Below, in pieces: positions 49,193 through 58,172 of a DNA stretch of 64,000 nucleotides (position 1 is its first letter; each line of letters opens with the position of its first letter). Source of the stretch: Tepidisphaera sp. (GTDB lineage Bacteria > Planctomycetota > Phycisphaerae > Phycisphaerales > UBA1924). The stretch lies in contig CP051526.1 of assembly GCA_050916045.1 (NCBI GenBank), positions 896,001 to 960,000 of the forward strand, in the 5' to 3' direction. The notes under the pieces were generated by a model. It made no database searches, was not told the origin of the DNA, and saw only the letters and a program-made list of their open reading frames with translations. A program made the position numbers and the translations under genes.

Positions 49193-50533
49193 ATGATGCA
49201 GAAAGCAGTCCCTTCGATTTCCCGCCCGATCGCCGGTTTCGCGGCTCCGACCCTCGCGTTGCTCGCGGCCAACTGTGCGATTGCGCAGGACGCTCGGTTC
49301 TTCCCGATTCCCGGCCAGTCGGCGATTCCGGGGAGCAACCCGAACGTGTGCATCGTGAGCGGGACGTCCGGCTACTCCGGGACCCGAATCAGTGATGACG
49401 GCTTGACGGTTGCGACGGTGGCTTTCGATCCCGGGTTTGTGGATGGGTACATCCCGCGCAGGCCTGCGCGGTGGACCGAGGCAGGCGGCACCGTCGTCCT
49501 TGGCCCGGATGTCCCCGGCTTGTATGGTGTGACGGGCATTTCGGCCGATGGCCGCACGATCTATGGCGAAAGCTGGCGTTGGACGGCGGCGGGGGGGTAT
49601 GAAGATCTCCGTTCGCGTCTGACGAACGGCTTCTTCCTGAATAAGACGATCTTCGGGTGCTCTTCGGACGGCCGCACGATCACGGGTGTCACGGGCACAT
49701 ACCCGGACGAAGGTGACCTGTTCCTTTGGCGGCTTGACGATGAGCCGCTCGTCACGCTGCCGCGTGCGGCGAGCTTCCCGCAAGGGTATTTCTACTTCAA
49801 CACGATCAGCGGGGACGGGAACGTCGTCGCGGGATCGACGCGTCGATTCGACTTCACGAACGGGTTCTCACAGTCTTATGCGGCCGCGGTCGTGACGCCG
49901 TCGGGTGCGAACGTGATCACCGACGAGAGTGACCAGGCGGGCGTGACCGATCTTTCGTTCGATGGAAGTGTTGCGGTGGGCTACCTCACGACTCCCGGCG
50001 GGTTCACGCTCAACGCGTTCCGGTGGACCGCCGCGGGCGGCATCACGATTCTGACTGATGGGCTTGGCTCGGACGACAGCACCTACGCACGGGCGACGAA
50101 CGCGGACGGCAGCGTGGTGGTGGGGGACTACGTCAGCTTCGGGAACGCAGGCACGAGCGCGTGGATCTGGCGTGCGAACAGCGGGTTCATCGATCTTCAG
50201 AGCGACCTCATCAACAACTTCGGCCTGGCCGACGCGCTCGCAGGATGGAGGCTTCTGGTCGCGACGGATGTCTCGGCCGACGGGCGCACGATTGTTGGGC
50301 AGGGTGTGAATCCGGATGGATGCGAGCAGGCGTTCCTGGTGCGACTTCCCGGCGTCTGTGCGCCGGACTTCAACAGTGACGGCTTCATCGACTTCTTCGA
50401 CTACGACGACTTTGTGAACTGCTTTGAGACCGGCGTCTGCCCGCCGGGCAAGACGGCGGACTTCAACGGCGACCAGTTCGTGGACTTCTTTGACTACGAC
50501 GGGTTTGTCGGGGCGTTTGAGGCGGGCTGCTGA
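49193..50533 (+). CDS. secreted HAF-repeat protein with GC-type dockerin tail
   Basis: signal peptide, ISADG/AFRWT repeats, terminal DFN.DG x2 ...EAGC. Confidence 0.85.
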   Translation: MMQKAVPSISRPIAGFAAPTLALLAANCAIAQDARFFPIPGQSAIPGSNPNVCIVSGTSGYSGTRISDDGLTVATVAFDPGFVDGYIPRRPARWTEAGGTVVLGPDVPGLYGVTGISADGRTIYGESWRWTAAGGYEDLRSRLTNGFFLNKTIFGCSSDGRTITGVTGTYPDEGDLFLWRLDDEPLVTLPRAASFPQGYFYFNTISGDGNVVAGSTRRFDFTNGFSQSYAAAVVTPSGANVITDESDQAGVTDLSFDGSVAVGYLTTPGGFTLNAFRWTAAGGITILTDGLGSDDSTYARATNADGSVVVGDYVSFGNAGTSAWIWRANSGFIDLQSDLINNFGLADALAGWRLLVATDVSADGRTIVGQGVNPDGCEQAFLVRLPGVCAPDFNSDGFIDFFDYDDFVNCFETGVCPPGKTADFNGDQFVDFFDYDGFVGAFEAGC

Positions 50534-50555
50534 GCTTTGAAAGGGAGTGCGGGGC

Positions 50556-50592
50556 GCGGCGGCGACCAACTCGGTCGCCGCCGCTTTCTTTT
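50556..50592 (+). terminator. rho-independent terminator
   Basis: gcggcggcgacc-aactc-ggtcgccgccgc tttctttt. Confidence 0.75.
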
Positions 50593-50750
50593 GATCGTGT
50601 CGCGGGCTGTAAGGCGTGGAGCGGGTTTATGGACGCGATGCGGGCGTTCGCACCTGTTCGACGAGCGCGCGCCTTGACTGCGCCTGGGACGCGAAACGGT
50701 GTTTCAGCCCGCCATCGGGAGCCTCCCTACGAATTGGCATGGAGATCGCG

Positions 50751-52331
50751 ATGAATAAGCGTTCGAAGCACTGGCTGCTCACCTTCTGGCTGATCGGGCC
50801 GTTCGCGGTGGTGGTGCTTTTGGTGGTGGTGATCGCGTACCGGGATCCGTCGTCGGTGCGGATGGTGGCGCCGGCGGTGGGGGCGGGAGCGGGCCGCACG
50901 GGCGGGGCGAACGCGATCGGCGAGCTTCTCGCCGGGAACAAGCCGACGCACAACGCGCAGGCGGCGAACGCGGATGAGTTTGGCACGCAGTCGCGGAGGG
51001 AGGAAGGCACGGACTCACGGAGTCCCGGGGTCGCGAAGAGCGGCGAAGAGGGAGGACAGCCCGCGGGCGAGTCCAAGCTCGTCGCGCCCGAGTCGTTGCC
51101 GCAGGGTTTCATCCTGGTGGTGGAGGACAAAGCCCGTCGCGCGACGCAGACTTCGCCGATCTACCTGGCTTCGAACCATTTCGGGAAGTGGAACGCGGGG
51201 GCGAAGGAGTTCATGCTGACCGCGCAGAGCGACATGCGGTGGCGGATCGAATTGCCGCAGCCGGACGCGTGGAAGGATGGGAAAGCGGGTGCGCCGCTCG
51301 AGTTCAAGTTCACGCGCGGGTCGTGGGAGGTTGAGGAACTGAACGCGGACGGGTCCAAGCCGGGGAACCGCACGCTCGCGAAGATCGACGCGTCCAAGCT
51401 TGCGGCGGGCGAGAAGCCGCTGATCGAGATCAGCGTGGCGATGTGGGGGGACATGGTGTCGGGGTACAAAGCGGCGGCGGGCGATGAAGCCCACGTGCCG
51501 GTGAAAGCGACGGGGGATCTGCGGCGGCTTCAGATTGTGGGGGGGAGCGGCGGGGCGGAGGGCTCGGTTCGCGAGTGCTTGGTGTGGCTGCCGGCTGGGT
51601 ATGACGATGCGGCGAACGCCGGGAAGAAGTACCCGGTGCTCTATGTTTTCGACGGGCAGAACCTCTTCGAGAAGCACGGCGGCATCCCGGCCGAGTGGGG
51701 TGCGGACGAGACCGCGACGAAGCTGATCGCGGAGAAGAAGGTGGGCGAGTTCATCATCGTGGGGATCCCGCACGGCGGAGCTTCGCGAATGAGCGAGTAT
51801 CTGCCGGTGGATGCGATCCCCGGTGCGGCCAAGCCGGGCGGGAAGGCGTTCATGGAGTTCGTGGTGACGCAACTCAAGCCGCGCGTGGAGCGTGCTTTCC
51901 GGGTGGAGACTGACCGTGCGAAGGTCGGCCTCGGCGGGAGCTCGCTGGGTGCGGCGATGGCGATGTACGGGGCGATGGAGTATCCGGAGCAGTTTGGCTT
52001 GGTGCTGGCGGAGAGCTTGCCGCTGCGGACGGGGGACGCGAAGGCGTGGAAGACGTGGCTTGACACGAGCGCTGCGAAGCGGGCGGCGGACAAGAAGCTA
52101 CCGGTGCGTGTGGCGATCGGCTACGGCACGCTGGAGTATGGCAAGGACGCGTCGGCACCGGCGGTGAACGAGCTGTACGCGAAGGATGTGGCGGACCTGA
52201 AAGCGACGCTGATCGCGTCGGGGATGAGCGAGAAGGCGGTGGTGGTGACGGCGGTGAAGGACGCGGAACACACGGAGAGCGCGTGGGCGTCGCGGCTTCC
52301 GGCGGGGTTTGAGTTTCTGATGGGGAAGTAG
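50751..52331 (+). CDS. membrane-anchored alpha/beta hydrolase (esterase) with CBM-like domain
   Basis: N-terminal TM, EFKFTRGSW, YPVLYVFDGQNLF, GSSLG, HTESAW. Confidence 0.82.
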   Translation: MNKRSKHWLLTFWLIGPFAVVVLLVVVIAYRDPSSVRMVAPAVGAGAGRTGGANAIGELLAGNKPTHNAQAANADEFGTQSRREEGTDSRSPGVAKSGEEGGQPAGESKLVAPESLPQGFILVVEDKARRATQTSPIYLASNHFGKWNAGAKEFMLTAQSDMRWRIELPQPDAWKDGKAGAPLEFKFTRGSWEVEELNADGSKPGNRTLAKIDASKLAAGEKPLIEISVAMWGDMVSGYKAAAGDEAHVPVKATGDLRRLQIVGGSGGAEGSVRECLVWLPAGYDDAANAGKKYPVLYVFDGQNLFEKHGGIPAEWGADETATKLIAEKKVGEFIIVGIPHGGASRMSEYLPVDAIPGAAKPGGKAFMEFVVTQLKPRVERAFRVETDRAKVGLGGSSLGAAMAMYGAMEYPEQFGLVLAESLPLRTGDAKAWKTWLDTSAAKRAADKKLPVRVAIGYGTLEYGKDASAPAVNELYAKDVADLKATLIASGMSEKAVVVTAVKDAEHTESAWASRLPAGFEFLMGK

Positions 52332-52445
52332 GGGTATACACCCTCATTGCACCGCGAGCTGGGTGTGGAGTTCGGCCTTCAGCGGCCATTGCGAGAGGCA
52401 CGCCTCAGCGGTACGTGGCACTGTTCCGTTCGCGGAGTCGGTGTT

Positions 52446-53873
52446 TTATCGCGGGGTTTCGAACGTGCCGCCGAGGGCGAGGTGGAGGTTGATTCGTTCG
52501 GAGCGGCGGGATTGGCGGAGCGTGATGAGGCCGGACTTGGCGAGGTCGAGTTTGGTCTTGAGTTGGAGGACGGTGAGGGTGTCGGCCTTGCCAGCGTTGG
52601 CTTCGATCTGGCGGAGGCGCAGGGCTTCTTCGGTGTCCGTGACAGCGGACTGCTGGAGGGATTCGCGGAGGGCGAGGGTGGTGTCGGCGGTGAGGGCGTC
52701 TTCGACGTCTTTGAACGCTCGCAGCGCGGTCTGGCCGTAGGCGGCGAGGGCTTGTTCCTGATCGGCGGTGGCGATCTTCACGTCGGCCTGGCGTTGACCG
52801 CCGTCGAAGATGGGTGCGAAGAAGTTGGCACCGATGTTGAAGAAGCCGCCGTTGCCGGTGAGCGAGGCGAGGCCGCTGGTGGTGCCCGCGCCACCGGTGA
52901 GTCCGATCGAGGGGAGGCGGGCAAGCTTCTTGGCTTCCACGTTCATGAATGCGGCTTTGACGCGGCGTTCCGCAGCTGCGACGTCGGGGCGGCGTTCGAG
53001 GACTTCCGAGGGGATGCCGACGGGCACGGGGCCGGGCATGGCGGGGAAAGCGGGGGCTGCGGCAAGTTCGGCACTGGGGTACCGGCCGAGGATGGTTTCC
53101 AGGGCGCGGGTGACCTGCTTCTGGGCGGCTTCGGCGCTCGCGAGGCGATCCCGGGCGGCTGCGAGGTCGGCTTGAACGAGGCGGACGTCCTGCTCGCCGA
53201 GTTTGCCGGCGTTTTTGCGGGCAGTGATGACACGGGCCATCTCGACATACGAGGCGACCTGGTCTTCGGCAAGCCGCTGCTGTTGGAATGCTTCGCTCGC
53301 GAGGAAGTAGGCCTTGGCGGTGGCGGCGGCGATGGACTGGCGGGCGTACTCGAAGTCGAGGGCTGCACCTTGGTACTTGGCGTCGGCGGCTCCAGCCTGC
53401 TGGCGGAGGCGGCCCCAGACGTCGAGTTCCCAGGAGATGTTGAGGCCCGCGCCGCGGCCTGTGGCTCGGACGCCTTCGGCGTTGGATTGGGTGAGGCCCG
53501 AACCGCTCGCGGAGACCACGGGCGTCAACGTAGCGCCAGCGGCTTGGGCCGAGGCGGCGGCGGCATCAAGGCGGGACTTGGCGACGCGGATGTCGAGGTT
53601 GTACTTCAGGGCTTCTTCGACGAGGGATTCGAGCGTGGGGTCGTTGAAGGACTTGAGCCAGTCCGAGGGGACTTGGCCGGACGTGGCGAGGTCGGCGGGG
53701 TCGGCGGTGGTTGTGGGGGTTGTGGGGGTGGTGGGAGTGGCGAAGGTCGCGGGGATGGTCGCGTTGGGGAGGGCTTTGGTCTTGATCTCTTGGCTGGTGG
53801 GGGGTGCCTTCGTGGCGCAGGACATGGGGAGGCAGAGGGTCGCAGCGCTAAGAAGAAGGAGCGGCCTTTTCAT
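52446..53873 (-). CDS. NodT/TolC-family efflux outer membrane lipoprotein
   Basis: lipoprotein signal, SWELDVWG, PSEVLERRPDV..AE, LALGG. Confidence 0.92.
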   Translation of the reverse strand: MKRPLLLLSAATLCLPMSCATKAPPTSQEIKTKALPNATIPATFATPTTPTTPTTTADPADLATSGQVPSDWLKSFNDPTLESLVEEALKYNLDIRVAKSRLDAAAASAQAAGATLTPVVSASGSGLTQSNAEGVRATGRGAGLNISWELDVWGRLRQQAGAADAKYQGAALDFEYARQSIAAATAKAYFLASEAFQQQRLAEDQVASYVEMARVITARKNAGKLGEQDVRLVQADLAAARDRLASAEAAQKQVTRALETILGRYPSAELAAAPAFPAMPGPVPVGIPSEVLERRPDVAAAERRVKAAFMNVEAKKLARLPSIGLTGGAGTTSGLASLTGNGGFFNIGANFFAPIFDGGQRQADVKIATADQEQALAAYGQTALRAFKDVEDALTADTTLALRESLQQSAVTDTEEALRLRQIEANAGKADTLTVLQLKTKLDLAKSGLITLRQSRRSERINLHLALGGTFETPR

Positions 53874-54036
53874 GTGGGGTCCGGGGTAAGGGGTTGAAAG
53901 GGATCTGCTCGCGAAGCGGTCGACCACCGGGGTCAAAGATCGGGCTCGGGCTCACGATGATACAGGCGGTGCTGTTGAGGCGGGTCGCGAAGAGGGATGT
54001 GACGCGATCAGGCCTGAAGGTGCGCAAGAAGGGCAA

Positions 54037-54984
54037 CTAGAACGGCAGCCAGTTTTCCCATGACTTAATACGGAGGATGATCATTCTCACCAGGTCGAGG
54101 TGGCTTTTCTCGCCCGTGTAGACAGCGACCATGGCGTTGGAACCGGCGGGGAGGTTGTAGGCGGAGAGGTCGGATTCCAGGGTGATGGCGACGGGGATGA
54201 GGCCGCGTCTTCCCGCATCGTTGAGGGTGCGGAGTTGGCCCGAGGCGGAGACGGCGCCCTCGGCGAGCAGGGGCTGGATCCCACGGACTTTGGCCTGGAA
54301 GACCTTGCCCGGGAGAGCGTCGAAGGCGACCTCGGCCTGGTCGCCCGCGTCGATGAACTCGATCTGCGTCTGGGTGAATCCTGCGGCCAGGAGGGGGTTG
54401 CTTGTGGGGACGAAGACCATCACCTGGGCGAAGGCCATCGGCATGACGACCTGGCCCGGGCGGATCGTGACCTGCGAGGCGTAGCCATCGGAGGGGGCGC
54501 GGACAGTGGTGGCCTCAAGTTGGTACTTGGCGGCGCGGAGGTCCGCGGTCAGGCGATCGACGTCAGACTGCGCCTTGTCCAGGTCGTTCTGGTTCCCGGC
54601 GTTGTCGGCTTTGAGCCCGAGTTCTTGCTTGAGTTTGATGTCGGCGAGCTTGAGCTGGGCGTCGAGGGAGTCGTAGCGTGCCTGGTAGGGCTCGGGGTCG
54701 ATCTTGAAGAGGATGTCGCCTTTTTGCAGGGGCTTACCCCCCTCAGCGGTGACTTCGATCACGCGGCCGGAGACTTCGGCGATGATCGGGGTGGTGACGA
54801 TGTAGGTCCGGGCGAAGCGGGTGACGGGCTGGTAGCGGGTGAGGAAGATCATGCCGAAGGACAGGGCGGCGATCAGGATGAAAATCGACGTGACCACGGT
54901 CCAGAGGTTGATCGGAAGGAGTTTGAACTTCTTGAAGATGAGCCAGAGGATGAGGGCGTAGATGCCGAGGAGCAGTTCGATCAT
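54037..54984 (-). CDS. HlyD-family membrane fusion protein (YibH-like)
   Basis: IIAEVSGRV, KGDILFKID, TVRAPSDG. Confidence 0.9.
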   Translation of the reverse strand: MIELLLGIYALILWLIFKKFKLLPINLWTVVTSIFILIAALSFGMIFLTRYQPVTRFARTYIVTTPIIAEVSGRVIEVTAEGGKPLQKGDILFKIDPEPYQARYDSLDAQLKLADIKLKQELGLKADNAGNQNDLDKAQSDVDRLTADLRAAKYQLEATTVRAPSDGYASQVTIRPGQVVMPMAFAQVMVFVPTSNPLLAAGFTQTQIEFIDAGDQAEVAFDALPGKVFQAKVRGIQPLLAEGAVSASGQLRTLNDAGRRGLIPVAITLESDLSAYNLPAGSNAMVAVYTGEKSHLDLVRMIILRIKSWENWLPF

Positions 54985-54986
54985 GG

Positions 54987-55316
54987 TTACACACCCTTCC
55001 CTTCTGAGGAAACCTTGGACTCAAGCGCGGCGAGACTGGCTTTGAGGCTGGCGAGTTCGGCGTGCAGGTCGGGACCGGTGCCGGGAGGCGCGAGGGGGTT
55101 GCCGTCCTTCTTGTGGGAGACGGCCCAGATAAAGACGATGGGCCAGAGCGCGTGGAGCGTGAAGAGACTCAGCCAGCAGGCGTAGTGGATGGCTTCTTCG
55201 TGCGGGTGGTGGCGTGAGCGGGCGATACGGTGCGGGATGTCGTGGATGAAGATGAAGATATAGAAGACGGCGACGACGGAGAGAAGGAGCATTCCCAGGG
55301 CGAGGTATTCGAGCAT
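54987..55316 (-). CDS. DUF3302 (YibI-like) membrane protein
   Basis: HDIPHRIA..R.HPH.EAI....W.SLFT...WP...IWA. Confidence 0.85.
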   Translation of the reverse strand: MLEYLALGMLLLSVVAVFYIFIFIHDIPHRIARSRHHPHEEAIHYACWLSLFTLHALWPIVFIWAVSHKKDGNPLAPPGTGPDLHAELASLKASLAALESKVSSEGKGV

Positions 55317-55427
55317 GGAGGGCCTTTCTCGGATGAAAGATCGCGTACGAAGGGCGAGGAGGGTATGGAGGCAACACCTCCCCCGGCCAGCCGAGTGCTC
55401 GGGTGGGGTGGTCGTGGCGTCTGGCAG

Positions 55428-55460
55428 CAAAAAGGCCCCGCGCACGATCGCGCGGAGCCT
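55428..55460 (-). terminator. rho-independent terminator
   Basis: minus strand aggctccgcgcgatcgtgcgcggggcc followed by ttttt. Confidence 0.65.
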
Positions 55461-55475
55461 GTGCATTTCCACGTC

Positions 55476-55505
55476 GTCTCTCTGTCTCTCCGTCTCTCCG
55501 TCTCT
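55476..55505. repeat. 8-nt tandem repeat (gtctctcc)
   Basis: gtctctct gtctctcc gtctctcc gtctct directly after stop of the 55508 gene. Confidence 0.7.
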
Positions 55506-55507
55506 TC

Positions 55508-56170
55508 TTACGCCGCCAGCTTCATTTCGGCAAAGCCGTTGCCGCCGACGCCAAACTGCACGACGAACTGGTCGCTGGCCTCGCCCGCCTGCGTGCCGCG
55601 GTAGCCCTGCACGATGTACGTCGCGCTGGAGGTGCCGAAGGGGAGGGTGTCGTCGACGAACGACTTGCTGCCGGTGTTGCCGATGATGGTGTACGCGTCG
55701 TCACCGGCGAGTTTGCGGCGGATGTTGAAGTAGACGCCGCTGCTGGCGGCGGCGTTGGTGGCTTTCCACTTGAGGACGATGGCCCCCTCGGTGCTGAGGG
55801 TGACGGCGAAGTCGTTGGGCTGGCCCGGCGCGGGGCGTGGCGCCGGGGGCGCGGGCGGGTCGATCTGGGCGAGCGAGTAGACGGCGGGGTTGTTGGAGGT
55901 CTGTGCGAAGGCGCGGATGGCCTTGACGAGGTCGGCCCCGGAGTTGCGCAGGGCGCCGATGGCGGTGCGGAAGTTGACGGTGGCGGCCTTGGCGGCGTTC
56001 TTGGCGTTCTGCTGGGCGGTGTAGGTGTTGCGGGCGGCCTTGGTGGCGGTGTCGAGGGCGGTCAACTGGGCGGGCGTGAGCCCGATGGTCGCGGGCGCGG
56101 CGTTCCACACGGGGTAGTGGAACTCAAAGAACTGGATGACGTCGAGGTCTTTGACGGGCACTGTGGACAT
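55508..56170 (-). CDS. hypothetical protein: Ala-rich helical domain + fibronectin-III-like domain
   Basis: RBS, helical N-half, Pro linker, PGQP..F....LKW....Y.I.R.....F.D.....Y.VQ FnIII pattern; ends KLAA. Confidence 0.7.
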   Translation of the reverse strand: MSTVPVKDLDVIQFFEFHYPVWNAAPATIGLTPAQLTALDTATKAARNTYTAQQNAKNAAKAATVNFRTAIGALRNSGADLVKAIRAFAQTSNNPAVYSLAQIDPPAPPAPRPAPGQPNDFAVTLSTEGAIVLKWKATNAAASSGVYFNIRRKLAGDDAYTIIGNTGSKSFVDDTLPFGTSSATYIVQGYRGTQAGEASDQFVVQFGVGGNGFAEMKLAA

Positions 56171-56245
56171 AAACCCACCTTTCTTTGGCCTGAGGCCGGA
56201 ATGGACCGCCCTCGCGACACACGCCGGGAGAACGGTTGGGGCAAT

Positions 56246-56273
56246 CCATCGGCGGCTGGCGGGCACGGGTTGA
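56246..56273 (-). promoter_or_regulatory. putative sigma-28-like promoter
   Basis: TCAA-N16-GCCGATGG on minus strand upstream of the 55508 gene. Confidence 0.45.
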
Positions 56274-56335
56274 GCGGCGGCGCGTCGAAAGGTGGTGTGT
56301 GGGGCGGGTGGGGTGGGTCTGGAGGGAGTGGGTGA

Positions 56336-56436
56336 GTAGCACGGGCTTCCAGCCCGTGGGCCTCTGGCAGGTGCCCGGCGTGTGAGCTGGCGTGGCCTCA
56401 AAGCCCCCTCCAGAGGGAGGGGGTTGGGGGTGGGTT
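56336..56436. repeat. REP-like hairpins
   Basis: gtagcacgggcttccagcccgtg and gccccctccagaggggagggggttgggggtggg. Confidence 0.5.
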
Positions 56437-56495
56437 GTCTTTGCGGTCCTGCCGCCGCCGGAGGGGTTTCGGTGCGGGTATGCTCACGCCCTGTT

Positions 56496-58172
56496 ATGGC
56501 GACCAAGAAGTACGACGATCTGACGCGGGACGAGATGGTGCGCCTCCTTGAGGCGCGGGACCGGCGGGACGCCACGCGCTTCGGGCTGGTGTGGGAGGCG
56601 AACGAGATCGAGCGGGACAAGGCTCTGAACTCGGACTTTGTCGCGATGGATCTGGACGAGAAGCTGTCGTGTGGGCTGGGGGCGGGGAAGGACGGCCCGT
56701 GGAAGAACCTGATCATCGAGGGAGACAACTTCGACGCCCTGCGGTACCTCAAAATGACCTTCGCGGGTCGCGTCAAGTGCATCTATATTGATCCGCCGTA
56801 CAACACGGGGAACAAAGACTTCGTCTACAACGACCACTACGTGGACAAGGAAGACCTGTGGCGGCACTCCACTTGGTGCGAGTTCATTCACCAAAGGTTG
56901 GTGTTGGCGAAGGAACTGTTAAGCGAGAATGGGGTGATATTCGTCTCGATTGACGACAACGAAATTCACACGCTCGGTATGCTTATGCAGCGAGTATTCG
57001 GCGAGTCCAATTTCATCGCGAACATCGTTTGGCAGAAACGAACTTCGCCGGATGCGCGTATCGACCTCGGTCCAGCGCACGACTACGTTGTGGTCTTCGC
57101 ACGAGCGAAGCAACAAGTGCAGTTTGGCACAATGTCCCTCAGCGATAAGCAGAAGGCGGCCTACAAGAACCCTGATAACGACCCGCGAGGGCCATGGGTG
57201 TCCTCTGACTTTACCGCACAGGGTTACCGCCCAAATCAAATGTACAAGATCAAGACGCCGGGTGGCGCAATCTACGAACCCCCGGCGGGTGTGTGCTGGA
57301 AGAACGTCGAGCCCACCTTTCTTCAACTCGTCAAAGACAAGAGAATTTGGTTCGGTAAAGACGGAAAGGCGATGCCAAGGCGTAAGACGTTCCTTTCTGA
57401 GACCGAAGGCATCAAGTCCTGGACTTGGTGGCCGAACACCGAAGTGGGACATAATCAGGAAGCAAAAAAAGAGATGCTTGATGTGTTGCCAGAATCGGCT
57501 GACGAAGCGTTCTCAACTCCAAAGCCTGTGCGACTTGTCCAGCGGATCGTTGAAATGACAACCTCCGGCGGCGACATCGTCCTCGACTTCTTCGCTGGTT
57601 CCGGCACAACAGCCCACGCCGTTCACAAGCTCAACAAGGAGGACGGCGGCAGTCGCCGCGTCATTCTCGTGTCGAGCACGGAGGCGACCGAGGACGAGCC
57701 CAAGAAGAACCTGTGCCGCGACGTCTGCGCCGAGCGGGTCCGCCGCGTGATCAAGGGCTATGGCAAGGGTGACTCCAAAGTCGAAGGACTCGGCGGCGAC
57801 TTCGCGTATCTCCGCACCCGTCGTATCCCCATCGGAGAACTCACCGAGATCGAGCACGATCAGGTCTGGACCGCGCTGCAACTGACGCACTGTCCGACGG
57901 TCGGGTCGTTTGACGACAAGGCCCCGTTCATGACGGCGGAGACGGAGGAGGAGGGGGGCACGCTCTTCTATGTTCCCTCGCTCAAGGCGGCGAACACGAG
58001 GGCCCTCGTCAAGGCGGTGAAGGACGCCCGGTCCGCCGTGCTATACACGTGGCAGCCCGACCTCGCGCGGCTTCGGCTCAAGAACGCGAACAATGTGCAG
58101 ATCGAGGCCGTGCCGCAGGTCTTGGCTCGCCGATTCGGCGTGCGGGGACTTTGGGGTGGGGGGGGAATCTGA
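56496..58172 (+). CDS. mod: type III restriction-modification methyltransferase
   Basis: NLIIEGDN, IYIDPPYNTG, FVSIDDNE, STPKP, VLDFFAGSGTT. Confidence 0.9.
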   Translation: MATKKYDDLTRDEMVRLLEARDRRDATRFGLVWEANEIERDKALNSDFVAMDLDEKLSCGLGAGKDGPWKNLIIEGDNFDALRYLKMTFAGRVKCIYIDPPYNTGNKDFVYNDHYVDKEDLWRHSTWCEFIHQRLVLAKELLSENGVIFVSIDDNEIHTLGMLMQRVFGESNFIANIVWQKRTSPDARIDLGPAHDYVVVFARAKQQVQFGTMSLSDKQKAAYKNPDNDPRGPWVSSDFTAQGYRPNQMYKIKTPGGAIYEPPAGVCWKNVEPTFLQLVKDKRIWFGKDGKAMPRRKTFLSETEGIKSWTWWPNTEVGHNQEAKKEMLDVLPESADEAFSTPKPVRLVQRIVEMTTSGGDIVLDFFAGSGTTAHAVHKLNKEDGGSRRVILVSSTEATEDEPKKNLCRDVCAERVRRVIKGYGKGDSKVEGLGGDFAYLRTRRIPIGELTEIEHDQVWTALQLTHCPTVGSFDDKAPFMTAETEEEGGTLFYVPSLKAANTRALVKAVKDARSAVLYTWQPDLARLRLKNANNVQIEAVPQVLARRFGVRGLWGGGGI

